From Candidatus Kaiserbacteria bacterium (GTDB lineage: Bacteria; Patescibacteriota; Minisyncoccia; Phycocordibacterales; UBA2100): a stretch of DNA of 64,000 nucleotides. The translations under genes and the position numbers were made by a program. Location of the stretch: positions 6,121-70,120 of the forward strand of contig JACPLD010000003.1 in assembly GCA_016186765.1 (NCBI GenBank), in the 5' to 3' direction. The notes beneath the pieces were generated by a model, which saw nothing but the letters and a program-made list of their open reading frames with translations, was not told where the DNA came from and ran no database searches. Below are positions 1 to 9,952 of the stretch, piece after piece (positions within the stretch are counted from its first letter, which is position 1; each line of letters starts with the position of its first letter).

Positions 1-199
1 GATGCCCCAGAGCATATGCTTGATGTGCTGCTCGCGGTTCGCCCCCTTGTCGAGATCGAGCAAAAATTGCACGAGACCGAAGACAAAGAGAAAAAATCCG
101 GCAGCAATGACGAGAAGTATTGCCGGATCGATGACGTAGGTGACGAAATTCTCGAGAAGTTGTGCACCGCTCATGTGGGATCAGCGGGCGGGATCAAAT

Positions 200-556
200 T
201 TAGTATGTCCTTCCCGGATTTACAACAATGCCCTTCGGAATGACTGGGTCGGTCGAGGTGACCTTGAGCGTGCTCTGTAGCAAGCGGATGATACCCCAAA
301 TACTGACCATGACAAAAATCGCGATGACACCCCAGAACATGATCTTAAGACCCTCACTTGCGTTCTCATGGTCCATGCTCATGAGGTACTTGATAAGACC
401 CCAGAAGAAGACAACGATTGCAAGGGTGATAAAGAGTCCGATGACGCCGTTTAAGAGCGTGCTCGCAAGCACGAGCACGTTAGTCAAGGTCTGTGCGCTC
501 GCAAGCGACGGCAGAAGGAGCGCAAGGAGAGCTACAGCGCGGCTAATTCCTTTCAT
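200..556 (-). CDS. small secreted protein with a signal peptide and two hydrophobic helices carrying conserved FWG...SIWGII(R/H)LLQ motifs; paralog 1 of 3; candidate VirB2/TrbC-like pilin
   Basis: N-terminal signal peptide (LALLLPSLASAQ), two TM helices, and motifs shared with the ORFs at 1072-1494 and 1521-1874. Size of about 118 aa. Confidence 0.4.
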   Translation of the reverse strand: MKGISRAVALLALLLPSLASAQTLTNVLVLASTLLNGVIGLFITLAIVVFFWGLIKYLMSMDHENASEGLKIMFWGVIAIFVMVSIWGIIRLLQSTLKVTSTDPVIPKGIVVNPGRTY

Positions 557-658
557 AGGTATGGCGATGCACAGATAAGTAACTAAGTACTCTCATGCTA
601 TCGGGCCCCCTGAAAAACACAATCGGCCGCGCGTCAATCGTGTGGATAACGTCCTCGC

Positions 659-1075
659 TCACTCGCGCTCTCGAGGCGAAGCTGGAGGCTTCTTTTTCGA
701 GGTCGCTATGAGGCGTATGATGAAAAAGGCCACAACAGCTATGATGAGAAAGGCGATGATCGGCAGCGCTACGCTGCCGTGGTGCTGAATCGCATTGACG
801 ATCGAAAGCACGACAATGAGGACAAAGAGCATTACAATCGCCCACTCAAGCACCCGTATCGCGGCGTCGCGGTACGAAGGCCATGTGTTAAAACGTGCGA
901 CGTATATCGAAAACCCCGCCACGAAAATGAGAACGATACCCGTCAGGACGAGACCTACGACGATATGGAAAAAGCCAACTACCTGCGGCAGCGTGAGTGC
1001 GTCCACATTTCCCGGTGCGAGAAAGAGTGTCGCGACTGTGCATGTACCGACAATAACTCTACGTTCACCGTTCAT
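659..1075 (-). CDS. hypothetical integral membrane protein (about 4 TM) lying between the paralogous small secreted proteins
   Basis: Four hydrophobic segments and a K-rich C-terminal tail; no recognisable motif. Confidence 0.3.
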   Translation of the reverse strand: MNGERRVIVGTCTVATLFLAPGNVDALTLPQVVGFFHIVVGLVLTGIVLIFVAGFSIYVARFNTWPSYRDAAIRVLEWAIVMLFVLIVVLSIVNAIQHHGSVALPIIAFLIIAVVAFFIIRLIATSKKKPPASPRERE

Positions 1076-1494
1076 ATCTCGAGCCGGCCGACCGAACAGT
1101 TGCCGAAGTTGTCGCAGAGCGTTGCCGACTCGCCTGCGCCCGGAGTAAACTGCGAATCGCCACCGAAGAGTGTGTTTTGCAGAAGGTGAATGATGCCCCA
1201 GATCGAAGCCATCACAAAAAGTACGACGAGGCCCCAGAAAAAGAACGATTTCCTCTTCTCTGCACCCTTTTCATCTCCGAAGTGCGGAATGTTCGTCGCC
1301 ATCCCCCAGAAGTACACGACGAGCCCGAAGATAATGAGCGTGAACGTGGCAGTATCGAGGATCTCGACGACGTCATAGGCGAGCTCTTGAAATGTATTCG
1401 GCGCGGCGAGCGCCACGGAAGGAAGAAGAAGTATCGCGTATGGAGTATAGAGTATGGAGGAAAAGATTGTTTTCAGAGTCCTGCAACCCCCCAT
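1072..1494 (-). CDS. small secreted two-helix protein, paralog 2 (pilin-like); likely start at MGGCRTLK (ATG at 1494) rather than the ORF-track start at 1575
   Basis: Shares ...VYFWGM...FFFWGLVVLFVMASIWGIIHLLQNTL with paralog 1. A signal-peptide-like N-terminus follows the internal Met. Confidence 0.4.
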   Translation of the reverse strand: MGGCRTLKTIFSSILYTPYAILLLPSVALAAPNTFQELAYDVVEILDTATFTLIIFGLVVYFWGMATNIPHFGDEKGAEKRKSFFFWGLVVLFVMASIWGIIHLLQNTLFGGDSQFTPGAGESATLCDNFGNCSVGRLEI

Positions 1495-1520
1495 ACGCGA
1501 TACTCCATACTCCATACTCA

Positions 1521-1874
1521 CTATCTGCCGGTGAGCTGCGACACGGTGCCGGCAATCAGAGTTGCAATGATCCACGCCCCAAGTATGAGAAGTGCGCCAA
1601 TGATGACGTAGAAAAAATTGAGCTTCGCTTTCTGAAGTTTTTCCTGATTTCCCTGCGCAGTGATGAAGTAAAAACCGGAGACCACGAGAAAGAGCGTAAC
1701 GATGGGAAGCGCTATCATCGCGAGCGCTTTTAAGGCGCCGGCGATAAAAAGTGGTATGGTATCGAAATTGAGAGGATTTTTGAGCCCCACACCTTGCGCG
1801 AACGCCGTAGATGCGAAGGAAAGAACCGTGAGGAGAGTCAAGATCGCGATTCGGTAGGCCTTTCGTGTATGCAT
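1521..1874 (-). CDS. small secreted or membrane protein, paralog 3 of the pilin-like cluster (more divergent); start probably MHTRKAYRIAIL at 1874, right after the stop of the upstream gene
   Basis: Signal peptide (LSFASTAFAQ) plus two hydrophobic helices. It sits in tandem with paralogs 1 and 2 and its architecture resembles theirs. Confidence 0.3.
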   Translation of the reverse strand: MHTRKAYRIAILTLLTVLSFASTAFAQGVGLKNPLNFDTIPLFIAGALKALAMIALPIVTLFLVVSGFYFITAQGNQEKLQKAKLNFFYVIIGALLILGAWIIATLIAGTVSQLTGR

Positions 1875-1875
1875 A

Positions 1876-3177
1876 CTATTCCCCCATCGCTTGCGCGAGC
1901 TCCTGATTCGCGCGGCCAACTGCCTCCGAAAGACGCGAGGAGCCCGTTGTCACGCTCTCAATCATACCGCGGAACACGCCATCCGTCTTTTCCGGATCGG
2001 GATCCACCCACGAGCGTGCGATGAGAGCTTCTCCCTCGAAGAGCACGTTCTCGCCCTTCAGGCTCTCCGCGATGACGTCGCGTCTTGCCGAAGGGATACC
2101 CACCGCAACCGAAAGTGCGCGCGCAACAGAAGTGTCGGCAATAAGAGCCGCGACCGTCATGGCGCCCTCTGGATTGCGGCTCGTCCGCGAAACCGAAAGC
2201 GCGTAGACATGCGCAGCGTTCGTGGAGCGCGTAGCCGTCTTCCCTTGCGGAACCGCGGCGCCTGCGAAATTGAGGTTCGGGTTCATGCGCGCAAGCAGCG
2301 TCGATTCTGATGCATAGCCGAGGTAGAGCGCGAGATCGCCTGCGGCAAACTCAGCCCGAGAGCTCGGGAGCGATCGATTCCACGAGTAGTGGACTTTGGA
2401 GGGATCGGCAAATTCCGTATAAAAACGAAGCGCGGATTCTGCAGCCTGCGAGGGCGAACCCGCGACGCGAAGCGTGAGCGCGGGGACAAGGCGACCCGTG
2501 CCATCTTCCTGCGTAATAGTGCCCCCAGCCTGCTGTATAAGAAGAGTGATGATGTCCTTTGCGTGATTCACATTCGCGAATTCACCCAGCGATATCGCAG
2601 ATAGAACAATGCCACCGGAGTCGTCTCTCTTCGTGACCTTCTGCGCAAATTCAGGTACGTCCTCCCAGTACTGCGGGGGCTTCGCAAACCCTGCGGAAGC
2701 CAAGATGTCTCGGTTCCAGTAAAAAATCAGGGGATCGACAAAAAGTGGAATGCCGAGCACTCCTTCCTCCGAAAGATAGGGGTTTGCTGCCTCGAGGAAC
2801 GTATCCTTGAACTTCGTTTCGGAAAGGAATGTGTAGGGAACAGGTATGACCTTACCCTTGTCGCGCATGGCGTAATCTTGCCGCAGAAGAAAGAGATCGG
2901 GTCCCGTGCCGTTTGCGAGCGCTTCGGTGAGATCAGCCTCGTAGGTAGCCGGATCTCTTTGAACGTAGGTGACTTGCGAGAGCCTACCGTCGTTCTCGGA
3001 CGCTTGTCGTAAGACAACCGCAAATGCGTTTGGCTCGAGCGTACCCCATATCGTCATCGGCCCGATAGAATTGCGCCCACCTGAACCAACGACAAGCGCG
3101 AAAATGAGTATGCCAGAGATCGCAAGAGCTCCGAATGCGGAGAGCAGGATGATCTGAAAAACCGACAGATTCTTCAT
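1876..3177 (-). CDS. extracellular solute-binding protein (ABC-type, family 1-like) with an N-terminal membrane anchor
   Basis: N-terminal TM segment followed by a periplasmic-binding-protein-like sequence of about 400 aa. No permease or ATPase gene is adjacent. Confidence 0.45.
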   Translation of the reverse strand: MKNLSVFQIILLSAFGALAISGILIFALVVGSGGRNSIGPMTIWGTLEPNAFAVVLRQASENDGRLSQVTYVQRDPATYEADLTEALANGTGPDLFLLRQDYAMRDKGKVIPVPYTFLSETKFKDTFLEAANPYLSEEGVLGIPLFVDPLIFYWNRDILASAGFAKPPQYWEDVPEFAQKVTKRDDSGGIVLSAISLGEFANVNHAKDIITLLIQQAGGTITQEDGTGRLVPALTLRVAGSPSQAAESALRFYTEFADPSKVHYSWNRSLPSSRAEFAAGDLALYLGYASESTLLARMNPNLNFAGAAVPQGKTATRSTNAAHVYALSVSRTSRNPEGAMTVAALIADTSVARALSVAVGIPSARRDVIAESLKGENVLFEGEALIARSWVDPDPEKTDGVFRGMIESVTTGSSRLSEAVGRANQELAQAMGE

Positions 3178-3782
3178 ATCGCAGCGTACGGCACAGGCCC
3201 CAATACTAATCCATAGTGGTGCGCGCCCGCCGGAAACTCTCGGATAAGTTCCAAGCTACTCCTGCGCGCAAGGTCGAGAGCCATTTCCCTGCTGACTACA
3301 TCTTCCTTGCGCGGACCGAACGAACCTGCCTCGTTGGAACGCGAAGCGTTTTCTTCGGGGTTACTCCAGTCGACGATCGCGACTGTGCCGGTCGATTTGA
3401 TAATACGTCGCGCTTCGCGCAAAACTGGCAGCTTGTCGGGCACTTGAAAGAGAAGATTCGATATGAGCACAAGATCGATCGAGCTATCGGCAAGCTTGGA
3501 GGCGCGCGGAACCTCAAGATCTGCCCAGATAACCTCGACATTTTTGTAGCCGCGACGCACCGCTTCGTTGTGAATGCGCCGTAAGAGATCACGCTGCACG
3601 TCGATGGCATAGACCGCGCCGCTGCCTCCCAGTCGCTCGGCGATCGCGAGCACGTACGCACCACTTCCCGCACCAAAATCCGCAACGCGCATGCCACTCT
3701 GGATCCCCAGTGCGCCAACATTCTTCTTTGGGTGCGCAAAGCCTTCCGTATTCAACGGAGCATGATGTGCAGTCTGCTGCAT
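3174..3782 (-). CDS. class I SAM-dependent methyltransferase
   Basis: Motif I VADFGAGSGAY. Its stop overlaps the downstream gene start by 4 nt. Confidence 0.6.
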   Translation of the reverse strand: MQQTAHHAPLNTEGFAHPKKNVGALGIQSGMRVADFGAGSGAYVLAIAERLGGSGAVYAIDVQRDLLRRIHNEAVRRGYKNVEVIWADLEVPRASKLADSSIDLVLISNLLFQVPDKLPVLREARRIIKSTGTVAIVDWSNPEENASRSNEAGSFGPRKEDVVSREMALDLARRSSLELIREFPAGAHHYGLVLGPVPYAAI

Positions 3783-3827
3783 CCTATACAGTATATATGG
3801 ACTCCGAGCGACAATCCTTAGTTTTCC

Positions 3828-6314
3828 TCAACTCGCTGCTTCAGCTGTCTCAAACACAACGAACGAAGCAACACTATCTCCTTCTCGCAATTTCATGACT
3901 CTGACTCCTTGAGTTGCGCGGGAGAGGGTCGGGATCTCGTCGAGACCAGTGCGGATGGTTTGTGATTTCTTTGACATCGCGACGAGCTCACCTCCACCGA
4001 GAACGACCGCGGCACCCACGAGCTGCTTTGTCTTCGGCGTGATAGACATCGTCTTGATACCGCTTCCGCCCCTGCCTTGCACCTTGTACTCATCGAGCTT
4101 CGTCTTCTTGCCATAGCCGGTCGAAGAAACAACGAGCAATTCTCCTTTTGCGCCTTTCGGCACGACGCCCGTGCCGACGATCATATCTCCCCTTCCAAGC
4201 TTCATGCCGCGCACACCAGCGGCTTGCCGCCCCATCTCGCGCACTGCTCTTTCGTCAAACCGGATCGACTGCCCTTTCCCGGTCACCAAGACTACCGAAT
4301 CACTCTTGCGCACGAAGGCCGCGGATATGAGGGCATCACCCTTATCCAAATTGATCGCTATCAATCCAGAGCGGCGTACCTCGTGGAACTTATTCGCCAC
4401 GACTTTCTTGACGGTACCGTTGCGAGTCGCCATCAAAAGCGCAAGCCCTTCCACAGCCTTCTTTTCTTTCGGCATAGCGAGGATCGAAGTGATGCTTTCT
4501 CCCTGCTCGAGCGAGATGAAATTCATAATCGACTTACCCTTAGTCGCGCGTTTTCCCTCCGGCAGCTCGTACATCTTGAGTTGATACACCTTCCCACGAT
4601 CGGAGAAAAAGAGAAGGTCGGAGTGCGCGGAGGAGGTGAGAAACTCAGTCACGAAGTCTTCTTCTTTCGTGTCGAGATCGACGACGCCGATACCTCCGCG
4701 CTTCTGGCGCCGGTACTCTACCGGGTTCGTGCGTTTGATGTAGCCGCCCTGCGTGAGGACGACGACATAGTCCTCGTCTGCGACGAGATCCTCCGCAGAG
4801 AGAAGCTTCGCGGGGCGCTTCACGATCTTCGTGCGCCGCTCATCGCCATATTTTTCGATCACCTCGCGAATCTCCTTTTTGATAAGTTCGAGGAGTTTCC
4901 TCTCGCTCTTAAGGAGCGCCGCAAGCTCCTCAATCAGCGCTTGCACTTGCTTCAGCTCGTCCTCGATCTTTTTTCTCTCCAGACCGGCAAGCTTTTGGAG
5001 CTTCATGTCAAGAATCGCGTTTGTCTGCCGCTCAGAGAATTTGAATGTCTTTATCAACTCCGCGCGTGCGTCCTCCACGTCCTTGCTCTTCTTGATGAGT
5101 TTGATGATCTCGTCGATGTGGTCAAGCGCCTTCTTGAGACCAAGCAAGATGTGCTCGCGCTCCTCAGCCTTTTCCAGATCAAATTTCGTTCGCTTTGTAA
5201 CAACTTCTCTGCGAAAGGCGATAAAGTATTCGAGGAGCGCTTTGAGAGGAAGCGTCTGCGGCACGCCATCGACGAGCGCGACGATGTTGTAGTGGAATGT
5301 TTCCTCAAGCTGCGTGTGCTTGTAGAGGTAATTGAGAACAGTCTGCGCATTCGCATTGTTCTTCAGTTCAATCACCACGCGAATGTCTTTCGTCGACTCG
5401 TCGCGGATATCCCGGATCCCTTCCAACTTTTTCTCGTGCACGAGATCGGCAATCTTCGTCAGAAGATCGGCCTTATTCACGCGGAACGGTATCGATGTGA
5501 TAACGATCTGGTAATCGCCTTTCTTTCCTTCAACGATCTCCGCATCTCCGCGCACGACGACAGGACCGCGGCCAGTCGCATAGGCATGCGCGATGTCTTT
5601 TTGGTTGAAGGCGATACAACCGGTCGGAAAATCAGGTCCTTGGACGAATGAAAGCAGCTCCTCCGTCGTCGCCTCTGGATTTTCGATGAGATGCATGGCA
5701 GCCTCGCACACTTCGCGCAGGTTGTGCGGCGGAATGTTCGAGGCCATGCCGACTGCGATCCCCAGTGTACCGTTCAGAAGGAGATTCGGGATCGCCGCAG
5801 GTAACACTCCCGGCTCCTGCTTCGTGTTGTCGTAGTTGGGGCGGAACTCGACGGTCTCCTTCTCGATATCACGGAGCATTTCTGACGCGAGACGCGACAT
5901 TTTGGCTTCGGTATAGCGATATGCTGCGGGCGCGTCGCCGTCGATTGAACCGAAATTTCCCTGGCCCACGATAAGCGGGTAGCGCATCGTAAAATCCTGC
6001 GCCATCTTCACCATCGCGTCGTACACGGCCGCATCGCCGTGCGGATGGTATTTACCGATCACGTCGCCTACCACGGTTGCAGACTTTCTAGTCTTCGCGG
6101 AAACCGTGAGTCCGGCTTCCTGCATCGCGTACAAAATCCGTCGATGCACCGGCTTTAGCCCATCGCGCACGTCGGGAAGCGCGCGCGCGGTAATCACCGA
6201 CATCGCGTAGTCGAGATAGCTCTCCCGCATCTCGGTCGAGATGTCCCGCAAAACGACGCCGCGCGCGCTTCCCGGTGCGGGAGCATGAGCAGATGTGTTC
6301 TTCTCGCGTGCCAT
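3828..6314 (-). CDS. gyrA: DNA gyrase subunit A
   Basis: Contains [18 protein letters not shown] and AAYRYTE (active-site Tyr region); 828 aa with C-terminal beta-pinwheel repeats. Confidence 0.95.
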   Translation of the reverse strand: MAREKNTSAHAPAPGSARGVVLRDISTEMRESYLDYAMSVITARALPDVRDGLKPVHRRILYAMQEAGLTVSAKTRKSATVVGDVIGKYHPHGDAAVYDAMVKMAQDFTMRYPLIVGQGNFGSIDGDAPAAYRYTEAKMSRLASEMLRDIEKETVEFRPNYDNTKQEPGVLPAAIPNLLLNGTLGIAVGMASNIPPHNLREVCEAAMHLIENPEATTEELLSFVQGPDFPTGCIAFNQKDIAHAYATGRGPVVVRGDAEIVEGKKGDYQIVITSIPFRVNKADLLTKIADLVHEKKLEGIRDIRDESTKDIRVVIELKNNANAQTVLNYLYKHTQLEETFHYNIVALVDGVPQTLPLKALLEYFIAFRREVVTKRTKFDLEKAEEREHILLGLKKALDHIDEIIKLIKKSKDVEDARAELIKTFKFSERQTNAILDMKLQKLAGLERKKIEDELKQVQALIEELAALLKSERKLLELIKKEIREVIEKYGDERRTKIVKRPAKLLSAEDLVADEDYVVVLTQGGYIKRTNPVEYRRQKRGGIGVVDLDTKEEDFVTEFLTSSAHSDLLFFSDRGKVYQLKMYELPEGKRATKGKSIMNFISLEQGESITSILAMPKEKKAVEGLALLMATRNGTVKKVVANKFHEVRRSGLIAINLDKGDALISAAFVRKSDSVVLVTGKGQSIRFDERAVREMGRQAAGVRGMKLGRGDMIVGTGVVPKGAKGELLVVSSTGYGKKTKLDEYKVQGRGGSGIKTMSITPKTKQLVGAAVVLGGGELVAMSKKSQTIRTGLDEIPTLSRATQGVRVMKLREGDSVASFVVFETAEAAS

Positions 6315-6379
6315 GACCTGTTAATTCTAGCAAAAAATAAGGCTTTTAGCTATATTTTCCTGCAAAGCTCAACGACCCC

Positions 6380-6736
6380 CTACTCGGTCGTTTCGTAGCC
6401 ACCGAAGGGTGGTGGTTCGCCTGAGACATCATCGTAGGTGGGCAGAGGTTGGTACTGCGATGAAGACTCTTTGCGCGCCTCCAGCAAGGCATCGACGTCG
6501 TTGAACGATTCCATCAGCTTTTCTTGTGCATCACGCACGTTGGAGAAATTGAACTCGTCCTGCGCGCCGCCGCCGAGCTGCTGAAGCTGCTCGCCACGCT
6601 GGATCTTTTTGAAAAAGAGCAACGTCCAGCCAATAAGTAGTATCAGCACCACCGCAATCGCGATACCACCAGCAATCGCCTTCTTCTCGTCCTTCGGCTT
6701 GTCCTTCAAATTGTCGACAGCTTTTTGTATCACCAT
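6380..6736 (-). CDS. hypothetical single-pass membrane protein
   Basis: One TM helix (IAGGIAIAVVLILLIGWTLLFF); no known motif. Confidence 0.3.
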   Translation of the reverse strand: MVIQKAVDNLKDKPKDEKKAIAGGIAIAVVLILLIGWTLLFFKKIQRGEQLQQLGGGAQDEFNFSNVRDAQEKLMESFNDVDALLEARKESSSQYQPLPTYDDVSGEPPPFGGYETTE

Positions 6737-6760
6737 GGCGTTTTCCCTATCGGCTATACT

Positions 6761-7378
6761 CTAGTGGCTAAGAACTACCACTTCACTTTCTTTGCCAACG
6801 ATGTCGCGCGGCTTCAAGGTAAGTTTCTCGACAGGCTTCACGTCTTCGCCTGCCTCTTTCAAAAATTGCTTGAGTGTTTTGTCATCGTATAAAACGGGAA
6901 TCACGATCTTTGCCTCGATTTTCACCGCAAACTTTTGTGCTTCTGCGGGCGAGAGCGCGCCGCTTCCGCCGATAGGAACGATGAGAACATCCGGCGCATC
7001 CATCTCCAAAACTTCAGACGGGAGATCGAGGTCTCCGAGCGCGCCCAAGTACATGATAGAAAGTCCATCGAAGTGAACCGAGTACACGGTATTCGTGTGG
7101 GCTTCGCCTCCATATTTCGAGCCAGAAGGAAAACCGGTCGCCGTGATGTCCTTCACTTCGTATTCACCTGGCCCTGAAATCACAAACGGTTGTTTTTCGC
7201 CGCGTCCCGCTTCCTCCGCGCCGTTCATGTCGGGATGATCGAGCGGGATGAACGCGACGTCAGCACCGAAATTTGTCGGTTTGAAGTCTTTGGATTTCTT
7301 AGACACTGGTCCGAACACGAGAGCGGTTTCTCCAGCACTCGCGCGAATACACGCGCCCCCGTGGAACGTCAGAATCAT
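6761..7378 (-). CDS. MBL-fold metal-dependent hydrolase; probable start at MILTFHGG (ATG at 7378), so the ORF-track start at 7558 is an over-extension
   Basis: N-terminal ILTFHGGAC and a beta-lactamase-fold pattern (D..H..D.G.L...). Length of about 205 aa is typical for the UPF0173-like family. Confidence 0.55.
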   Translation of the reverse strand: MILTFHGGACIRASAGETALVFGPVSKKSKDFKPTNFGADVAFIPLDHPDMNGAEEAGRGEKQPFVISGPGEYEVKDITATGFPSGSKYGGEAHTNTVYSVHFDGLSIMYLGALGDLDLPSEVLEMDAPDVLIVPIGGSGALSPAEAQKFAVKIEAKIVIPVLYDDKTLKQFLKEAGEDVKPVEKLTLKPRDIVGKESEVVVLSH

Positions 7379-7767
7379 GCGTATGCAGTATACCGTAACT
7401 ATCCACTCGCAGCACCTTGCGCGTTCGCGCTTAAGATGTAGTGTGTCGAGGTTCGGGACTTCCAAGAATCTCCCGAGCATGGTCCTCATTCGAGAGGAGG
7501 CGAACGTGAACTTGTTCGTGTTCATCGCCCCAGCGGACTGGACGCTGTAAGGCAACAAATCCTCGGAACGAAGGGTCGAGGAGGGCCGCGGCTCACACGC
7601 TGCTGCCCTCCTTCTCTTTTCAAGAGCTTCAATAGTTTGCGCTCCTCACGCTCTTCCTATATATTGTATGTCCCCATTGGGGGATTATTTATTAGTAACG
7701 CGTTCGGTAAAACTTCCCTGCTGACTGTCTTGGGTAGCGTAGGCAGGATAGTCCGAGCACAAAGAAC

Positions 7768-8922
7768 ATGGGTGCAATAGCAACTGAAGATACCAGGCTT
7801 AAAGGAGCAGAAGACAGCGATGCCGACGTGCCCGCCGAAGCGGGAGCGGAGGCAGGAACCTCGGCGAAGGAGGGGCCGATGGCGGAGCTTTTGAATTCCG
7901 TTGGAAAGCCGCCTTTTGTCGACGATGTGGTCGAAGGTCCCGTCGTCGCGGTCGGTCGCGCGCGCGTATTCGTCGACCTTCACCCCTTCGGGACTGGCAT
8001 CATATACGGCCGCGAATACCTTTCTGCGCGTGAAGCCTTGAAGAACGTCAACATCGGCGACACCATCACGGCAAAAGTGATGGGCACTGACAACGAGGAA
8101 GGGTACATCGAGCTTAGCTTGCGCGAGGCTAGACAAGCCCTCATTTGGAACGAAGCCGAAATCGCGATGCAAAAGAAGATTTCCTTCGAGCTTCCTGTCA
8201 CAGAGGCAAATAAAGGTGGACTTATCATTCAGTGGAACGGTTTGCAGGGATTCCTGCCGGCCTCGCAGCTTTCGCCTGCGCACTACCCACGCGTGCCGGA
8301 TGGTGACAAAGACAGGATTTTCGCCGAGCTCAAAAAGCTTGTCGGTACGAAACTTGAGGTGATGATCATTACGGCTTCTCCAAAAGAGAACAAACTCATC
8401 TTCGCGGAGAAAGGCGCAGGCGGAAGCGAGCGCGCGTCGCTCGTGGAAAAGTACCGCGTAGGCGATTGTTTAGAAGGCACCGTGACCGGCGCGACGGAAT
8501 TCGGCGTCTTCGTGAAGCTCGAGGAGGGACTCGAAGGTCTCGTACACATTTCCGAAATGGATTGGGCGCTCGTCGAGAATCCGAAGACACGCTATCGTGT
8601 AGGAGAGGTGGTGAAAGTGAAGGTGATCGAGATCAAGGATGATAAAGTCTCTCTTTCCATCAAGGCCTTGACCGAAGATCCCTGGAAGGCGGCCGCGGTA
8701 AAGTATCACAAAGACGAGAAGGTGGATGCTGTCATCATCAAGTACAACAAGCATGGTGCGCTCGCATCGATAGAGGAAGGTGTTGCGGGCCTCGTGCACA
8801 TTTCCGAGTTCGCCAACGAAGAAGACCTACGCTCTCGCCTCGAGCTTGGCAAGGTCTATCCGTTCACCATCACGTTTTTCGAACCAAAGGATCGTCGAAT
8901 GACTCTCAAACCGGCGGGCTAA
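7768..8922 (+). CDS. rpsA: 30S ribosomal protein S1 (short form, 4 S1 domains)
   Basis: Repeated S1 domains (G..V.G.V.....G.FV.L..G..GL.HISE...). A long 5' leader of about 150 nt precedes it. Confidence 0.8.
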   Translation: MGAIATEDTRLKGAEDSDADVPAEAGAEAGTSAKEGPMAELLNSVGKPPFVDDVVEGPVVAVGRARVFVDLHPFGTGIIYGREYLSAREALKNVNIGDTITAKVMGTDNEEGYIELSLREARQALIWNEAEIAMQKKISFELPVTEANKGGLIIQWNGLQGFLPASQLSPAHYPRVPDGDKDRIFAELKKLVGTKLEVMIITASPKENKLIFAEKGAGGSERASLVEKYRVGDCLEGTVTGATEFGVFVKLEEGLEGLVHISEMDWALVENPKTRYRVGEVVKVKVIEIKDDKVSLSIKALTEDPWKAAAVKYHKDEKVDAVIIKYNKHGALASIEEGVAGLVHISEFANEEDLRSRLELGKVYPFTITFFEPKDRRMTLKPAG

Positions 8923-8939
8923 TCGCGGTCTCAAGATTG

Positions 8940-9715
8940 TTTTTCCACACCCTTGTGTGTCAAGGTGACACCTTGACGCAAGGTTGCCGTATTATCCTGA
9001 GAATGAACAGAGCCCCTTTCGGAAGCGGCGAATGGTATCACTGCTTTGCACGAGGCATCGACAAACGGAGGACATTCGTTGACCGTTCCGACTACAATCG
9101 TTTTTTAGGGCTCCTCTACTTGTGCAACAATACCTCCACTATCCACAGAAGTAATCTCCGTTCCCCGACACTCTTTAACTTACTTTCGATGAATCGCGGG
9201 AAACCCCTCGTCGGAATCGGAGCTTTCTGTCTGATGCCGAACCACTTTCATCTTTTACTGAAAGAAATTACAGATGGCGGTATTTCAGCCTTTATGCAGA
9301 AGCTTGGTACTTCATATGCAATGTACTTCAACATGAGGCGCAACCGTGCCGGAAATCTGTTCACAAAGCCGTTTCGGTCACGGCACATCAGTGATGACCG
9401 ATACCTTCAGCAAGTTCTGCAGTACATTCACTGCAATCCAGCAGAGCTCTTCGAGCCCGGATGGAAAGATGGACGAGTTAAAGACTTATACATACTTCAG
9501 AAGAAACTGCTCATATATCCATATTCAAGTTTTGGCGCTTTCACTGACACAAGCAATGTTCTGGGAAAAATCCTTGACTCGTCGATCTTCGAAATTGAAA
9601 CTCAATTCTCGCCCGGCAAAATGCTCAAGGAAGCTCTCGAATACTATCGCGATGTCAAGGTGACACCTTGACGCACCCTCCTTGACGCACCCTTGACGCA
9701 CGGAGAATCATCTCC
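8940..9715 (+). mobile_element. IS200/IS605-family-like minimal element: tnpA (Y1 HUH transposase) flanked by identical palindromic hairpins in direct orientation
   Basis: The palindrome TCAAGGTGACACCTTGA occurs at 8960-8976 and again at 9655-9671. CCTTGACGCA is repeated three times at 9666-9700. Confidence 0.6.
9003..9671 (+). CDS. tnpA: HUH Y1 transposase, IS200-like / RAYT-like (TnpA)
   Basis: HuH motif NHFHLLL and conserved YIHCNP Tyr region; paralogous to the ORF at 37581-38243. Probable start MNRAPFG at 9003. Confidence 0.65.
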   Translation: MNRAPFGSGEWYHCFARGIDKRRTFVDRSDYNRFLGLLYLCNNTSTIHRSNLRSPTLFNLLSMNRGKPLVGIGAFCLMPNHFHLLLKEITDGGISAFMQKLGTSYAMYFNMRRNRAGNLFTKPFRSRHISDDRYLQQVLQYIHCNPAELFEPGWKDGRVKDLYILQKKLLIYPYSSFGAFTDTSNVLGKILDSSIFEIETQFSPGKMLKEALEYYRDVKVTP

Positions 9716-9942
9716 ATTTGCGGAATGTTAGCGTCGCTTCTGAATCTATATCGTTCATCTGTGAAGCATTTGCCTGTATCAACAAAACCGAGCTTCGCAT
9801 AAAACGCAATTGCATTCTCGTTGAATGTCGCGACGTTCACGATCGTGTCTTTCGACAAATCAAGAAACTTCAGCGCTGCCGCCCAGAAAAACTTCCCGAC
9901 TCCCCTATTCTGGTACTCCGGCAGAACATAATTCGAATCCAT
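9655..9942 (-). pseudogene. GNAT-family N-acetyltransferase fragment (C-terminal half only), abutting the IS right end
   Basis: Acetyl-CoA motif QNRGVGK and the beta4-alpha3 region are present; the N-terminal roughly 70 aa are absent. The C-terminal tail runs into the IS hairpin repeats. Confidence 0.45.
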
Positions 9943-9952
9943 GCATTAATTA

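Noticed and set aside
4077-5651. 524-aa plus-strand ORF, and several 60-150 aa ORFs, antisense to gyrA
   Set aside because: They lie entirely inside the well-supported gyrA CDS on the opposite strand. The composition is low-complexity (Arg/Leu/Ser-rich), typical of antisense frames in GC-rich DNA.
7559-7767. Possible tRNA or ncRNA in the long rpsA leader (hairpin AGGAGGGC...GCCCTCCT)
   Set aside because: There is no tRNA cloverleaf. It is more likely a leader structure for S1 autoregulation or a divergent-promoter region, and cannot be assigned without covariation data.
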